Counted from the stretch's first letter, positions 7,200 through 14,179 are shown. The stretch: DNA of 24,326 nucleotides from a virus (IMGVR_UViG_3300020042_004847:1-24326), one strand, 5' to 3'. Numbers and translations are program-made. Notes: generated by a model not told the origin, from the letters alone.

Positions 7200-7398
7200 T
7201 AGATGGTTCCTCTGGCTTGCAGTAGTTTTGATGAGTTGTTTCTTTCACAACCAACTGCTGTGTGTCGTCAGTGAAAAAGTAAATAGACACTTTGTGTCCA
7301 TCTTTGTTTTTCCCAGTAAAGCTGTGGACCATAAAGCCATCGTACTTTGCGATGTTGGAACTAATCTCGCACACGCCGTGCATATTGATATCGCTCAT
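7186..7398 (-). CDS. Hypothetical early protein (70 aa)
   Basis: ATGA-coupled to the DUF932 stop, SD GGAGG. Confidence 0.7.
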   Translation of the reverse strand: MSDINMHGVCEISSNIAKYDGFMVHSFTGKNKDGHKVSIYFFTDDTQQLVVKETTHQNYCKPEEPSNANE

Positions 7399-8228
7399 GC
7401 GATTTCCTCCCATAGTTTGTGTTGCATTGCTTTTGAAATTGCATCTTCGCGATTGCGACGAGTAACTTCAGGGTTCTTCAGTTCTTTGGTATGGCTAGAC
7501 CAGTAGGTCATTGCGTTGTACAGCGCCCACTTGTTGCCGCCCAAGCTGTTGGCTTCATCGCTCCAAATCGAAAGCAACTTTTCCAATTGCTTTTCATTGG
7601 TCTTCTGATGCTGAAGCTGATTGGTAAACGACTTGGCAATCGTTGCCTTGAAGAAAGTCTCAGCCATGTCATCAGTCACAGATGATGCCATCCAATCACG
7701 CCAGATGTGCGGCTGATTCATGAAGGTTTCCAAACCAAAGATCATCTTTGCAGCGCTGCCTTCGATGTTGACAGACTGCGTGTGCTTGAACTTAGACGAT
7801 GCAGTTTTGTTTGCAGTCGTGCAACCATTCAAGCACCACAAGCGCAGGCCATCAGCCGATTGACTGAATGCCCAGCTACCATCATAACTATTAAAAAAGC
7901 TGATGCGGAACTTAACGTAGTCGCCAATCTTTGGCTCGACAGTGAGATCGTTGAACAAGATCTCGCCGCGCAATTTGCGACCATCTTCGATGACGCTGAA
8001 GTTGGTTGTGTAGTCACGGCTGATGTTCGATGCCTTCACTGCATCTATCAAGGACGATACCACATCATCATGCTTGATGATTTGATAGCGGCTGCCATGC
8101 ACGCCAAGCACAGCGTTGGTATCAGTGCGGATCACGCACTTCTGATCTGGGATTTCGTTGCCCAGCTTGTCAAAGATTGGTTGAGTTTCTACAGGAAACT
8201 CATAGCTGTTGCGCACTAGATCAAACAT
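7395..8228 (-). CDS. DUF932/DUF945 family phage/plasmid protein
   Basis: RTDTNAVLGVHGSRYQII, NSYDGS, RLWCLNG, KHT and NKWALYNAMTYW motifs. ATG at 8228 has SD GGAG. Confidence 0.85.
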   Translation of the reverse strand: MFDLVRNSYEFPVETQPIFDKLGNEIPDQKCVIRTDTNAVLGVHGSRYQIIKHDDVVSSLIDAVKASNISRDYTTNFSVIEDGRKLRGEILFNDLTVEPKIGDYVKFRISFFNSYDGSWAFSQSADGLRLWCLNGCTTANKTASSKFKHTQSVNIEGSAAKMIFGLETFMNQPHIWRDWMASSVTDDMAETFFKATIAKSFTNQLQHQKTNEKQLEKLLSIWSDEANSLGGNKWALYNAMTYWSSHTKELKNPEVTRRNREDAISKAMQHKLWEEIA

Positions 8229-8424
8229 TCTTCTTCTCCGTTGTGTTAAGGCCGCAATCTTTGCGCCATTTGTGGATGGTTGATTCACCAAGGTGCAACA
8301 AGCTTGCCGCATGGCGAGTGCCATATTTGATCGACAAAAGAATTGCCTCAGATCTTACTGACTCTGGCATCCCATAGTCAGGATGATACGGAAGTACTTT
8401 CTTCGCATTGAAGATTGGATTCAT
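8221..8424 (-). CDS. Small HTH protein (67 aa)
   Basis: GTRHAASLLHLGESTIHKWRK is HTH-like. ATG at 8424 has SD AAGGA/GGA. Confidence 0.7.
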   Translation of the reverse strand: MNPIFNAKKVLPYHPDYGMPESVRSEAILLSIKYGTRHAASLLHLGESTIHKWRKDCGLNTTEKKNV

Positions 8425-8455
8425 TTTGATCCATCCTTTCATTTCATTTTGTTTC

Positions 8456-8547
8456 ATTGACGTAATGTTTGGCTGCGGCGAGCGCGGCGTTACAGTAAGA
8501 AACCGCTCGCGCCCTTCCTTGAGGCCGCTGTTTGCTTGAGTCATATT
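8456..8547. promoter_or_regulatory. Fold-back element 3 with + strand promoter-like arm
   Basis: Inner stem GCGAGCG(C)GG/CCGCTCGC and closing TGAC/GTCA. The right arm reads TTGAGG(8519)-17 nt-CATATT(8542). Confidence 0.4.
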
Positions 8548-8557
8548 CTCGAAGCAT

Positions 8558-8585
8558 AAAAAAAGGGGAACCTTTCGGCCCCCCT
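8558..8585 (-). terminator. Intrinsic terminator after 8593..9207
   Basis: AGGGGGGCC-GAAA-GGTTCCCCT followed by a T run on the minus strand, 7 nt after the stop codon. Confidence 0.9.
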
Positions 8586-8592
8586 GATCTCG

Positions 8593-9207
8593 CTATGCTA
8601 CGTCCCGCTCGTTAGTCTCAACACCGAACGTGTTCATCTGGACATCAACGTTAGTCGTAATGCCCAGCCGTGCCAATCGAGTCATCACTGCATCAGCATT
8701 GGCGCTCGACTGCATCGGTGCTTTCTTCTGCACTGCGGTTTCCCAAGGCGCATAAGGTTTGAAATCCTCACCCGTTGCCGCCTCATATACTGCGCCCGCT
8801 GTCCAGACCATCGTTTGCAAGGCGCTAACCTCCGCCTCTAGACGCTCGATCCAATCTGCTGCACGATTAAGTGCCTCTAGATCGATCTCAGTATCCGATA
8901 CACGCAGGGCCAAAGATCTTGCGTAAGATGTTGCGCGATCAAGCTGATGTGCAAGGCCCCGAGGGCGACCATCCTTACCAGTCGATGTGTCATTAAGCTG
9001 ACGATACGCTGCGTTACCGATGCTCTGAAGCACCAATTTCTGCGACCAGCTCATTGCATTGCGCTCGTTATACTTCCCGCTGTCTTTGTCCAGCACCATG
9101 CTTGGATCATAGAACTCTGCTGCGATACGGCATAGCGCCTGAGTCAGAGTGATGTCATCCTTACCAGTGTAAGAGTTGTTCAGGTCGATATTGATCAAGT
9201 TATCCAT
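8593..9207 (-). CDS. Helical early protein (204 aa), possibly related to the N-terminal domain of DUF2493 proteins
   Basis: SD GGAG before ATG at 9207 and its own terminator. SDTEIDLEAL...AGAVYEAATGEDFKP resembles, from memory, DGSEV...LE...FE..TG..WRP of plasmid/ICE DUF2493 N-domains. The CDS is solid and the family tentative. Confidence 0.7.
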   Translation of the reverse strand: MDNLINIDLNNSYTGKDDITLTQALCRIAAEFYDPSMVLDKDSGKYNERNAMSWSQKLVLQSIGNAAYRQLNDTSTGKDGRPRGLAHQLDRATSYARSLALRVSDTEIDLEALNRAADWIERLEAEVSALQTMVWTAGAVYEAATGEDFKPYAPWETAVQKKAPMQSSANADAVMTRLARLGITTNVDVQMNTFGVETNERDVA

Positions 9208-9250
9208 TGTGTTTCTCCATTGTGATGTTTGCATAGTTTCTAGTTTATAT

Positions 9251-9341
9251 CTCAGTCAGCAGTCGATGTTCTGAATGACTGTCAAGGGCGCGTAGCGGCG
9301 AAGCGCACCCTTGACTGTCAGGCAGGTTATCGACAGACGAG
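9251..9341. promoter_or_regulatory. Fold-back element 1: Frpo/ssi-like ssDNA hairpin promoter candidate
   Basis: Stem segments GTCGAT/ATCGAC, CTG/CAG, TGAC/GTCA and GTCAAGGG/CCCTTGAC. The apex holds GCGTAGC and GCGAAGC. The right arm reads TTGACT(9311)-17 nt-CAGACG(9334). Confidence 0.6.
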
Positions 9342-9464
9342 TCATTCTTTGTGCAGCCATGATTCCAGTCTCATGTGTAGTGCTATGATGAAGCAAGTGA
9401 CGCCCGCACTGACGCAAGCAATTGATACAGCTACTAAAATTGTAACGATAATTTCGTATGTCAT
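9342..9464 (-). CDS. Small single-pass membrane protein (40 aa), first gene of the early arm; absent from the ORF track
   Basis: SD AGGAG, then MTYEIIVTILVAVSIACVSAGVTCFIIALHMRLESWLHKE*. Confidence 0.7.
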   Translation of the reverse strand: MTYEIIVTILVAVSIACVSAGVTCFIIALHMRLESWLHKE

Positions 9465-9506
9465 TCTATTTCTCCTGTTCTATTCGCGCAGACAAACTCC
9501 GTGCGA

Positions 9507-9703
9507 TGTCCTATGGCTACTTAAATTACTTCGCACCGAGCATCGCGAGGGAATGGTCAAGGACTGCGAAGCAGCCAGCTCCGCTGGGCGTTGGTTTTTT
9601 CAGAGGCAAACTGATATAGATCAGTAATAAGCTGACGCTCGATCCTCTGAAAAAAGCTACGATCCTTGACGATGCAAGTAATTTAGGGACTCCCAGAGGG
9701 ACA
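9507..9703. promoter_or_regulatory. Fold-back element 2: branched Frpo/ssi-like structure
   Basis: Nested pairings TGTCC/GGACA, TAAATTACTT/AAGTAATTTA, GTCAAGGA/TCCTTGAC and TTTTTTCAGAGG/CCTCTGAAAAAA. Side hairpins CTGC-GAA-GCAG, CCAGC-TCC-GCTGG and ACTGAT-ATAG-ATCAGT. Confidence 0.6.
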
Positions 9704-9711
9704 ATCCGCAC

Positions 9712-10135
9712 GGGGGTTTGTGTGTGTGAGTACCCCAGTAGTAGTGAGGACATAACCTACCCAGCGCGCCGCTCTTGGGCGGCGCACGCTGGGGGGTTAT
9801 ACCGCAACGGCCCGCAAGTCTTGGCAATTCTCTTTCAGGCAGGTAACGCAATGTTTCGAAGCTGAGACGCCGCTAAGCACTTGGGCCAGCGGCGTGGTTG
9901 TCACATGTGCGGACGGCGAGCCTGATTCGCTGAGTCAGCTTTCCCTTTAAGGAAAGTGACTGCGGATCAGGTGAAGCATCGCGATGTTGCAAGGTGTATC
10001 CCTCTTGGACAAGGGATGCTCACCCGTAAGGGCGGAGACCCGCACTATAGGGTCTCCGTTCATGAGCAGCGCGGTCCCGCCCCCAACAGACGCTGAGCAA
10101 TAAAGACAGGTATAACCAAGGGCGGGATGGCCCCA
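9712..10135. repeat. Non-coding cluster of GC-rich inverted repeats between the divergent arms
   Basis: Hairpins at 9760-9793, 9867-9895, 9976-9987, 9998-10017, 10023-10032 and 10032-10059. No ORF here has an SD or a recognisable product. Confidence 0.6.
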
Positions 10136-10160
10136 ATCACTTTGTCTGTAACAATCGATC

Positions 10161-10197
10161 TTGTGAGTTGACATACAAATCAGGTGATACTTAATGG
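10161..10197 (+). promoter_or_regulatory. Putative late promoter upstream of terS
   Basis: TTGTGAGTTG motif overlapping a perfect TTGACA (10168), with TAATGG at 18-nt spacing. Confidence 0.55.
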
Positions 10198-10222
10198 GGG
10201 GGATACAGGGGGGGCTTCATAG

Positions 10223-10603
10223 ATGAGTATTCTGCCAGAGAAGCGTAAGTTAACCACAAGACAGATGGCTCTGGTTGATGTCATGGTAGCAGAAGGACTG
10301 AATACGTCAGCCGCTGCCAAAGAAGCAGGATACGCTGAAGGGAAATCTGGATACGTCACAGCAAGCAAGACACTGAAGCTACCTCATGTGCAGCAGTATA
10401 TGATGCAACGGATAGCAGAGTCGTTAGGAACCAATGCTGCGTTCGCCGCGTCCAAGGTTATGAGGCTCGCAAGCGGGGCCAAGAGTGAGTACGTTCAGCT
10501 CGAAGCGGCTAAGGATATCTTGGATCGTGCTGGGTTCAAGCCTATCGACAGAGCGCAGGTACAAGTAGCTGGTGACATACGAGTTCACATAGACCTCGGT
10601 TAA
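10223..10603 (+). CDS. terS: Terminase small subunit
   Basis: LTTRQMALVD...SAAAKEAGYA...ASKTLKLPHVQQY HTH and SEYVQLEAAKDILDRAG. First gene of the morphogenesis arm. Confidence 0.85.
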   Translation: MSILPEKRKLTTRQMALVDVMVAEGLNTSAAAKEAGYAEGKSGYVTASKTLKLPHVQQYMMQRIAESLGTNAAFAASKVMRLASGAKSEYVQLEAAKDILDRAGFKPIDRAQVQVAGDIRVHIDLG

Positions 10604-10642
10604 TTATTCTAGCCGTTCACTCAGGCTGGCTTGATCAGGCAT

Positions 10643-10703
10643 GGGGGGTGGGGGCAAAACTGGACATGATAGTTGCTGTAATAGTCTACCACTCGTATTT
10701 TTC
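10643..10703 (+). other. Candidate packaging (pac/cos-like) signal
   Basis: GGGGGGTGGGGGCAAAA...CCACTCGTATTTTTC in the non-coding gap right after terS. Confidence 0.4.
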
Positions 10704-10736
10704 TTCAAAAAGGTTCGCTATTAAAAGGAATGTGAT

Positions 10737-10979
10737 ATGAAGGTTGCGGTAATGATGGCTGGTCGGTTTGGCGGTAAGGTTCCAGAGGTTCAGCCTTTTG
10801 GTGACAGTTCTAAGGCTAAGGTGGGGATGAGACATGGCGAAGAGTCCAGCGTGGCAGCGGAAGGCGGGGAAGAACCCAAGCGGCGGGTTAAACGCCGCAG
10901 GAAGGGCGAGTTACAATCAGGAGACGGGGGGCAACTTGCAGGCTCCAGTGAAGTCGGGGGACAATCCGAGACGGGCTAG
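10737..10979 (+). CDS. Possible small protein whose 3' half overlaps the next gene
   Basis: SD AAGGA before ATG at 10737. It fills an otherwise empty 100 nt, but 146 nt overlap 10834..11142. Confidence 0.35.
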   Translation: MKVAVMMAGRFGGKVPEVQPFGDSSKAKVGMRHGEESSVAAEGGEEPKRRVKRRRKGELQSGDGGQLAGSSEVGGQSETG

Positions 10980-11142
10980 TTTCTTGGCTCGAATGGGGAA
11001 CATGGCTGGGCCTGAGCGTGATGAGAAGGGGAAGCCCACTCGTCTTCTTCTCAGCCTGAAGGTATGGGGTGCAAGTAGTAAAGAGGATGCTAGGGCCAAG
11101 GCTCGCGCGATTAGTCGTAGATTGAAAGCGAAGAAGGATTGA
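10834..11142 (+). CDS. Basic phage protein, DUF6321-like
   Basis: SPAWQRKAGKNPSGGLNAAGRASY...RRASFLARM...SLKVWG. Confidence 0.8.
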   Translation: MAKSPAWQRKAGKNPSGGLNAAGRASYNQETGGNLQAPVKSGDNPRRASFLARMGNMAGPERDEKGKPTRLLLSLKVWGASSKEDARAKARAISRRLKAKKD

Positions 11143-11146
11143 TCAG

Positions 11147-11326
11147 ATGTGCTTTAGTACTCCAGTGATTCCTCCAGTTCCGATTAAGTATGAGAAGCAG
11201 GACTTTGGTCCGCTGAAGGAGCTTCCTACTGGGACTCCTGTTGCGCGTGACATGCCAGTGTATGCGAATCGCACAACGACTCAGGCTCGCAGTTTGCTGA
11301 TGCCTTTCACGATGGGTAGATCATGA
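11147..11326 (+). CDS. Small MCF-start virion protein (59 aa), T7 gp6.7-like style; absent from the ORF track
   Basis: SD AAGGA, then MCFSTPVIPPVPIKYEKQDFGPLKELPTGTPVARDMPVYANRTTTQARSLLMPFTMGRS*. ATGA-coupled to the next gene. Confidence 0.7.
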   Translation: MCFSTPVIPPVPIKYEKQDFGPLKELPTGTPVARDMPVYANRTTTQARSLLMPFTMGRS

Positions 11327-11496
11327 AGTCGAAGGTGAATGAAGCTGGGAATTATACTAAGCCTGAGATGCGCAAGACTTTGTTCAAGCGGATCAAGGCT
11401 GGCGATAAGGGCGGCGGCTCTGGTCAGTGGAGCGCGCGCAAGGCGCAGATGCTGGCAAAAGAGTATAAGGCTAAAGGCGGGGGATACACATCATGA
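11323..11496 (+). CDS. Small basic protein (57 aa), N-terminal half of the DUF5872-like family; absent from the ORF track
   Basis: NYTKPEMRKTLFKRIKAGDKGGGSGQWSARKAQMLAKEYKAKGGGY. ATGA-coupled on both sides. Confidence 0.8.
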   Translation: MKSKVNEAGNYTKPEMRKTLFKRIKAGDKGGGSGQWSARKAQMLAKEYKAKGGGYTS

Positions 11497-11639
11497 GCAA
11501 GACTTCTAAGCATTACTTAGCAAATGGAAAGCTGTACACTGGCCCAGTTCACAAGTCAGGCAAAGAAGTGATGACGGGTGCAACTCATACTGCCAGCAGC
11601 AAGAAGCTTACCCACACACCTCCAAAGGCAAAGAAATGA
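11493..11639 (+). CDS. Small basic His/Thr-rich protein (48 aa); absent from the ORF track
   Basis: MSKTSKHYLANGKLYTGPVHKSGKEVMTGATHTASSKKLTHTPPKAKK*. ATGA-coupled on both sides. Confidence 0.75.
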   Translation: MSKTSKHYLANGKLYTGPVHKSGKEVMTGATHTASSKKLTHTPPKAKK

Positions 11640-11887
11640 AAAAGCCCCAGAAGTCTTTAGTCGAGTGGACTAAGCAGGAGTGGACCACGAAGAGTGGCAA
11701 ACCTTCTACGCAAGGCAAGGACGCTACTGGAGAAAGATATCTTCCTAAGAAAGCCATTCAGGCGTTAAGCTCTGAAGAGTATGCTAGAACCAGCGCGGCC
11801 AAGAAGGCAGCGACTAAGGCTGGCAAACAAGTGAGTAAGCAACCCAAGTCAATCGCAAACAAGGTAAGGAAGTACCGAGATGGCTGA
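11636..11887 (+). CDS. Basic protein, C-terminal half of the DUF5872-like family
   Basis: QKSLVEWTKQEWTTKSGK...GERYLPKKA...KQVSKQP. Confidence 0.8.
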   Translation: MKKPQKSLVEWTKQEWTTKSGKPSTQGKDATGERYLPKKAIQALSSEEYARTSAAKKAATKAGKQVSKQPKSIANKVRKYRDG

Positions 11888-12337
11888 TATAGAAAACCAA
11901 CTACGCGCTCAAGAAAATATGTATTCTAGAATGGGTGAAAAGTCAGGAGTAAATTCTCCAAAAAATAAAATGGCGCTTATGCTTCTTCGACGATTTTCAA
12001 AACAAGGGCAATCTTTAGAAACCAAAATGCTTCGAGAGCAAGCGCTTCAAGAAGGAAAGAATATAACAGCCAAACAGTTAGAGTCATCGCGCCAACGAGA
12101 ACAGGTTGCTAGAACGAATTATCTGTTTGTGTCGGAAGCAACGGAAAAAGTAAGCAAAGGTTCGCCTTTTCCTAAGACTTTGTTCAAAGCTCCCATCCTT
12201 CGAGGCGGGGGCGGCGGTATGAGCGGTCTTGCCGCAGCAATGGAAAAGTACAATGAACTCTTTTGATGAGATATAGTTAGTGTTGATAAATAAGCAACTC
12301 AAATCAATCGCAAACAAGGTAAGGAAGTATCGAGATG
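11836..12337 (+). repeat. 47-bp direct repeat (11836-11882 and 12291-12337) flanking one gene
   Basis: TAAGCAACCCAAGTCAATCGCAAACAAGGTAAGGAAGTACCGAGATG versus TAAGCAACTCAAATCAATCGCAAACAAGGTAAGGAAGTATCGAGATG, 3 mismatches. Confidence 0.95.
11880..12266 (+). CDS. Hypothetical accessory protein (128 aa) between the direct repeats
   Basis: SD TAAGGA and the ATG are supplied by repeat copy 1. A-rich codon style, no recognisable family. Confidence 0.75.
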   Translation: MADIENQLRAQENMYSRMGEKSGVNSPKNKMALMLLRRFSKQGQSLETKMLREQALQEGKNITAKQLESSRQREQVARTNYLFVSEATEKVSKGSPFPKTLFKAPILRGGGGGMSGLAAAMEKYNELF

Positions 12338-12436
12338 TATGACATGAAAAAAGGCGCTAAGGGTGGCATGAAGGTAACTCCAATGCCAAAGAAACCAATC
12401 CCAATGCCAAAGAAACCAAAGCCAAAGGGAAAATGA
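12335..12436 (+). CDS. Tiny Lys/Pro/Met-rich protein (33 aa); absent from the ORF track
   Basis: MYDMKKGAKGGMKVTPMPKKPIPMPKKPKPKGK*. SD from repeat copy 2, ATGA-coupled to 12433, internal duplication CCAATGCCAAAGAAACCAA (12380, 12401). Confidence 0.65.
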   Translation: MYDMKKGAKGGMKVTPMPKKPIPMPKKPKPKGK

Positions 12437-12621
12437 GTTTTCTTTCTTCCCTAGCAGAGCAAGATTTGAATCTTCTTCGCGGCATCGTGAGGAAGGTTCA
12501 TCTTGTTCATGTGCCTCAAGACTTTGCTACGAACATTGAGTGCGACAAGTTGATTGAGAGTCTTGGCCCAGAGATTGCTGAGAGGATGATCCGCTTTGGT
12601 GTGGACAAAGGCTTGCGATGA
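12433..12621 (+). CDS. Conserved-looking hypothetical protein preceding terL
   Basis: ATGA-coupled on both sides, LRGIVRKVH...ECDKLIESLGP. Confidence 0.75.
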   Translation: MSFLSSLAEQDLNLLRGIVRKVHLVHVPQDFATNIECDKLIESLGPEIAERMIRFGVDKGLR

Positions 12622-14141
12622 TCGACTTCAAGTATAAGCCTGATGGCGAGACTTTGAAAGCCTTTATGAAGGATGATACATTCTTCAGAGGGATTCGCGG
12701 GCCAGTTGGATCTGGCAAGTCAGCGGGCTGTTGCATTGAAGTCTTTCGTCGCGCTCTTCTTCAAGAAAAGGGGGCTGATGGAATCCGCAAGAGTCGATGG
12801 GCTATCATCCGAAACACCAATCCTCAGTTGAGAACAACGACGATTAAGACTTGGCTCGATTGGTTTCCTGAGCATGAGTGGGGAAAGTTTATCTGGTCGG
12901 TTCCCTATACCCACCACATCAAGAAGGGCGACATTGATCTTGAGGTTATGTTCCTAGCATTGGATCGACCTGAAGATGTTAAGAAGCTACTGTCGTTGGA
13001 ACTTACTGGTATATGGATTAACGAAGCGCGCGAGATTCCGAAGAGCATCATTGATGCCTGCACTATGCGCGTTGGTCGTTACCCTTCCATGCGCGATGGC
13101 GGGCCATCTTGGACAGGAGTTATTGCTGATACTAACGCTCCAGAGGAAGATCACTGGTGGCCGATTATGTCTGGAGAGGTTCCTATTCCAGATCACATTC
13201 CGAAGGAACAAGCCAAAATGTTGGTCAAGCCAACCAACTGGCGCTTCTTCACACAACCTTCTGCTATGCTTGAGGTGAAGAACGAGGAAGGGTCTATTGA
13301 TTCTTACGTTGCAAATACCTTGGCTGAAAACAGCAAGAATATGATGAAGAGTTATTATTCTAACTTGATTCAAGGTAAGACCAAGAGTTGGATTGATGTC
13401 TATGTTATGAATCGACTTGGATCTATTCAGGATGGAAAGCCAGTGTATTCTATGTTTGCGCCTGACATCCACATCGCAAAGGAAGAGATACCAATTGCGG
13501 CTGGCCTTCCTGTTTATGTTGGCTTGGACTTTGGCTTGACTCCTGCCGCCGCGATAGCCCAAAAGGTTCGCGGTCGGTGGTTGATTCAGTCAGAGATTGT
13601 TGCCATCGATATGGGCATTGTTCGATTTGCTGAAGTGCTTAGAAATGAACTGGCAATTCGTTTCCCTGCGGCAAGCGAAGTAATTATCTATGGCGATCCC
13701 GCTGGCGACTTCAGGGCGCAGACCGATGAATCAACCCCGTTTCACATCCTTCGTGGCGCTGGCCTTCGTGCATTCCCTGCGCCGTCTAACTCTCCAGATC
13801 TGCGGATTGAAGCTGTGTCTTCTCAGCTTACCAAGATGATTGAAGGCAAGCCTGCATTCCTCATTGATAGGCGATGCTCAACTCTGATTAAAGGTTTTGA
13901 GACGGGATACTCTTACAAACGCATGGAAGTTTCTGGCGAGAGATACTCTGACAAGCCAGATAAGAACATGTATAGTCACGTCCATGACGCATTGCAGTAT
14001 CTTTTTCTTGGCGCTGGCGAGGGCCGTGCATTGATGAACTCTCAAAAGCCAGCACAAGTAACTGTTGCTAAGAGCGAGTTTAATGTATTCGAACGGCATG
14101 AAAAGCAGAAGCGCCGTCAAGGTCTATGGTCTAGAATGTAG
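12618..14141 (+). CDS. terL: Terminase large subunit
   Basis: Walker A GPVGSGKS, Walker B WINEARE, coupling motif DTN, and RNase H-like nuclease GLDFG...GDPAG...SHVHDALQY. Confidence 0.95.
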   Translation: MIDFKYKPDGETLKAFMKDDTFFRGIRGPVGSGKSAGCCIEVFRRALLQEKGADGIRKSRWAIIRNTNPQLRTTTIKTWLDWFPEHEWGKFIWSVPYTHHIKKGDIDLEVMFLALDRPEDVKKLLSLELTGIWINEAREIPKSIIDACTMRVGRYPSMRDGGPSWTGVIADTNAPEEDHWWPIMSGEVPIPDHIPKEQAKMLVKPTNWRFFTQPSAMLEVKNEEGSIDSYVANTLAENSKNMMKSYYSNLIQGKTKSWIDVYVMNRLGSIQDGKPVYSMFAPDIHIAKEEIPIAAGLPVYVGLDFGLTPAAAIAQKVRGRWLIQSEIVAIDMGIVRFAEVLRNELAIRFPAASEVIIYGDPAGDFRAQTDESTPFHILRGAGLRAFPAPSNSPDLRIEAVSSQLTKMIEGKPAFLIDRRCSTLIKGFETGYSYKRMEVSGERYSDKPDKNMYSHVHDALQYLFLGAGEGRALMNSQKPAQVTVAKSEFNVFERHEKQKRRQGLWSRM

Positions 14142-14142
14142 T

Positions 14143-14179
14143 TTGTGCATTGATGCACGTTGTCATTAGCGTTTATCCA
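14143..14179 (+). promoter_or_regulatory. Putative late promoter upstream of the portal operon
   Basis: TTGTGCATTG motif with TTGATG -35-like hexamer and TATCCA at 18 nt, in the terL-next gene gap. Confidence 0.45.

Noticed and set aside
8425-8544. Extended N-terminus of ORF 8221..8544
   Set aside because: It crosses the fold-back element, and a better SD precedes ATG 8424.
9526-10174. ORFs 9526..9753, 9657..9851 and 9947..10174
   Set aside because: They run through palindrome-rich DNA, have weak starts and unnatural composition.
11836-12337. CRISPR array, att sites or DGR template/variable repeat pair
   Set aside because: Only two copies, mismatches are C/T and G/A transitions rather than adenine-specific, and no cas, integrase or reverse transcriptase gene is in the window.
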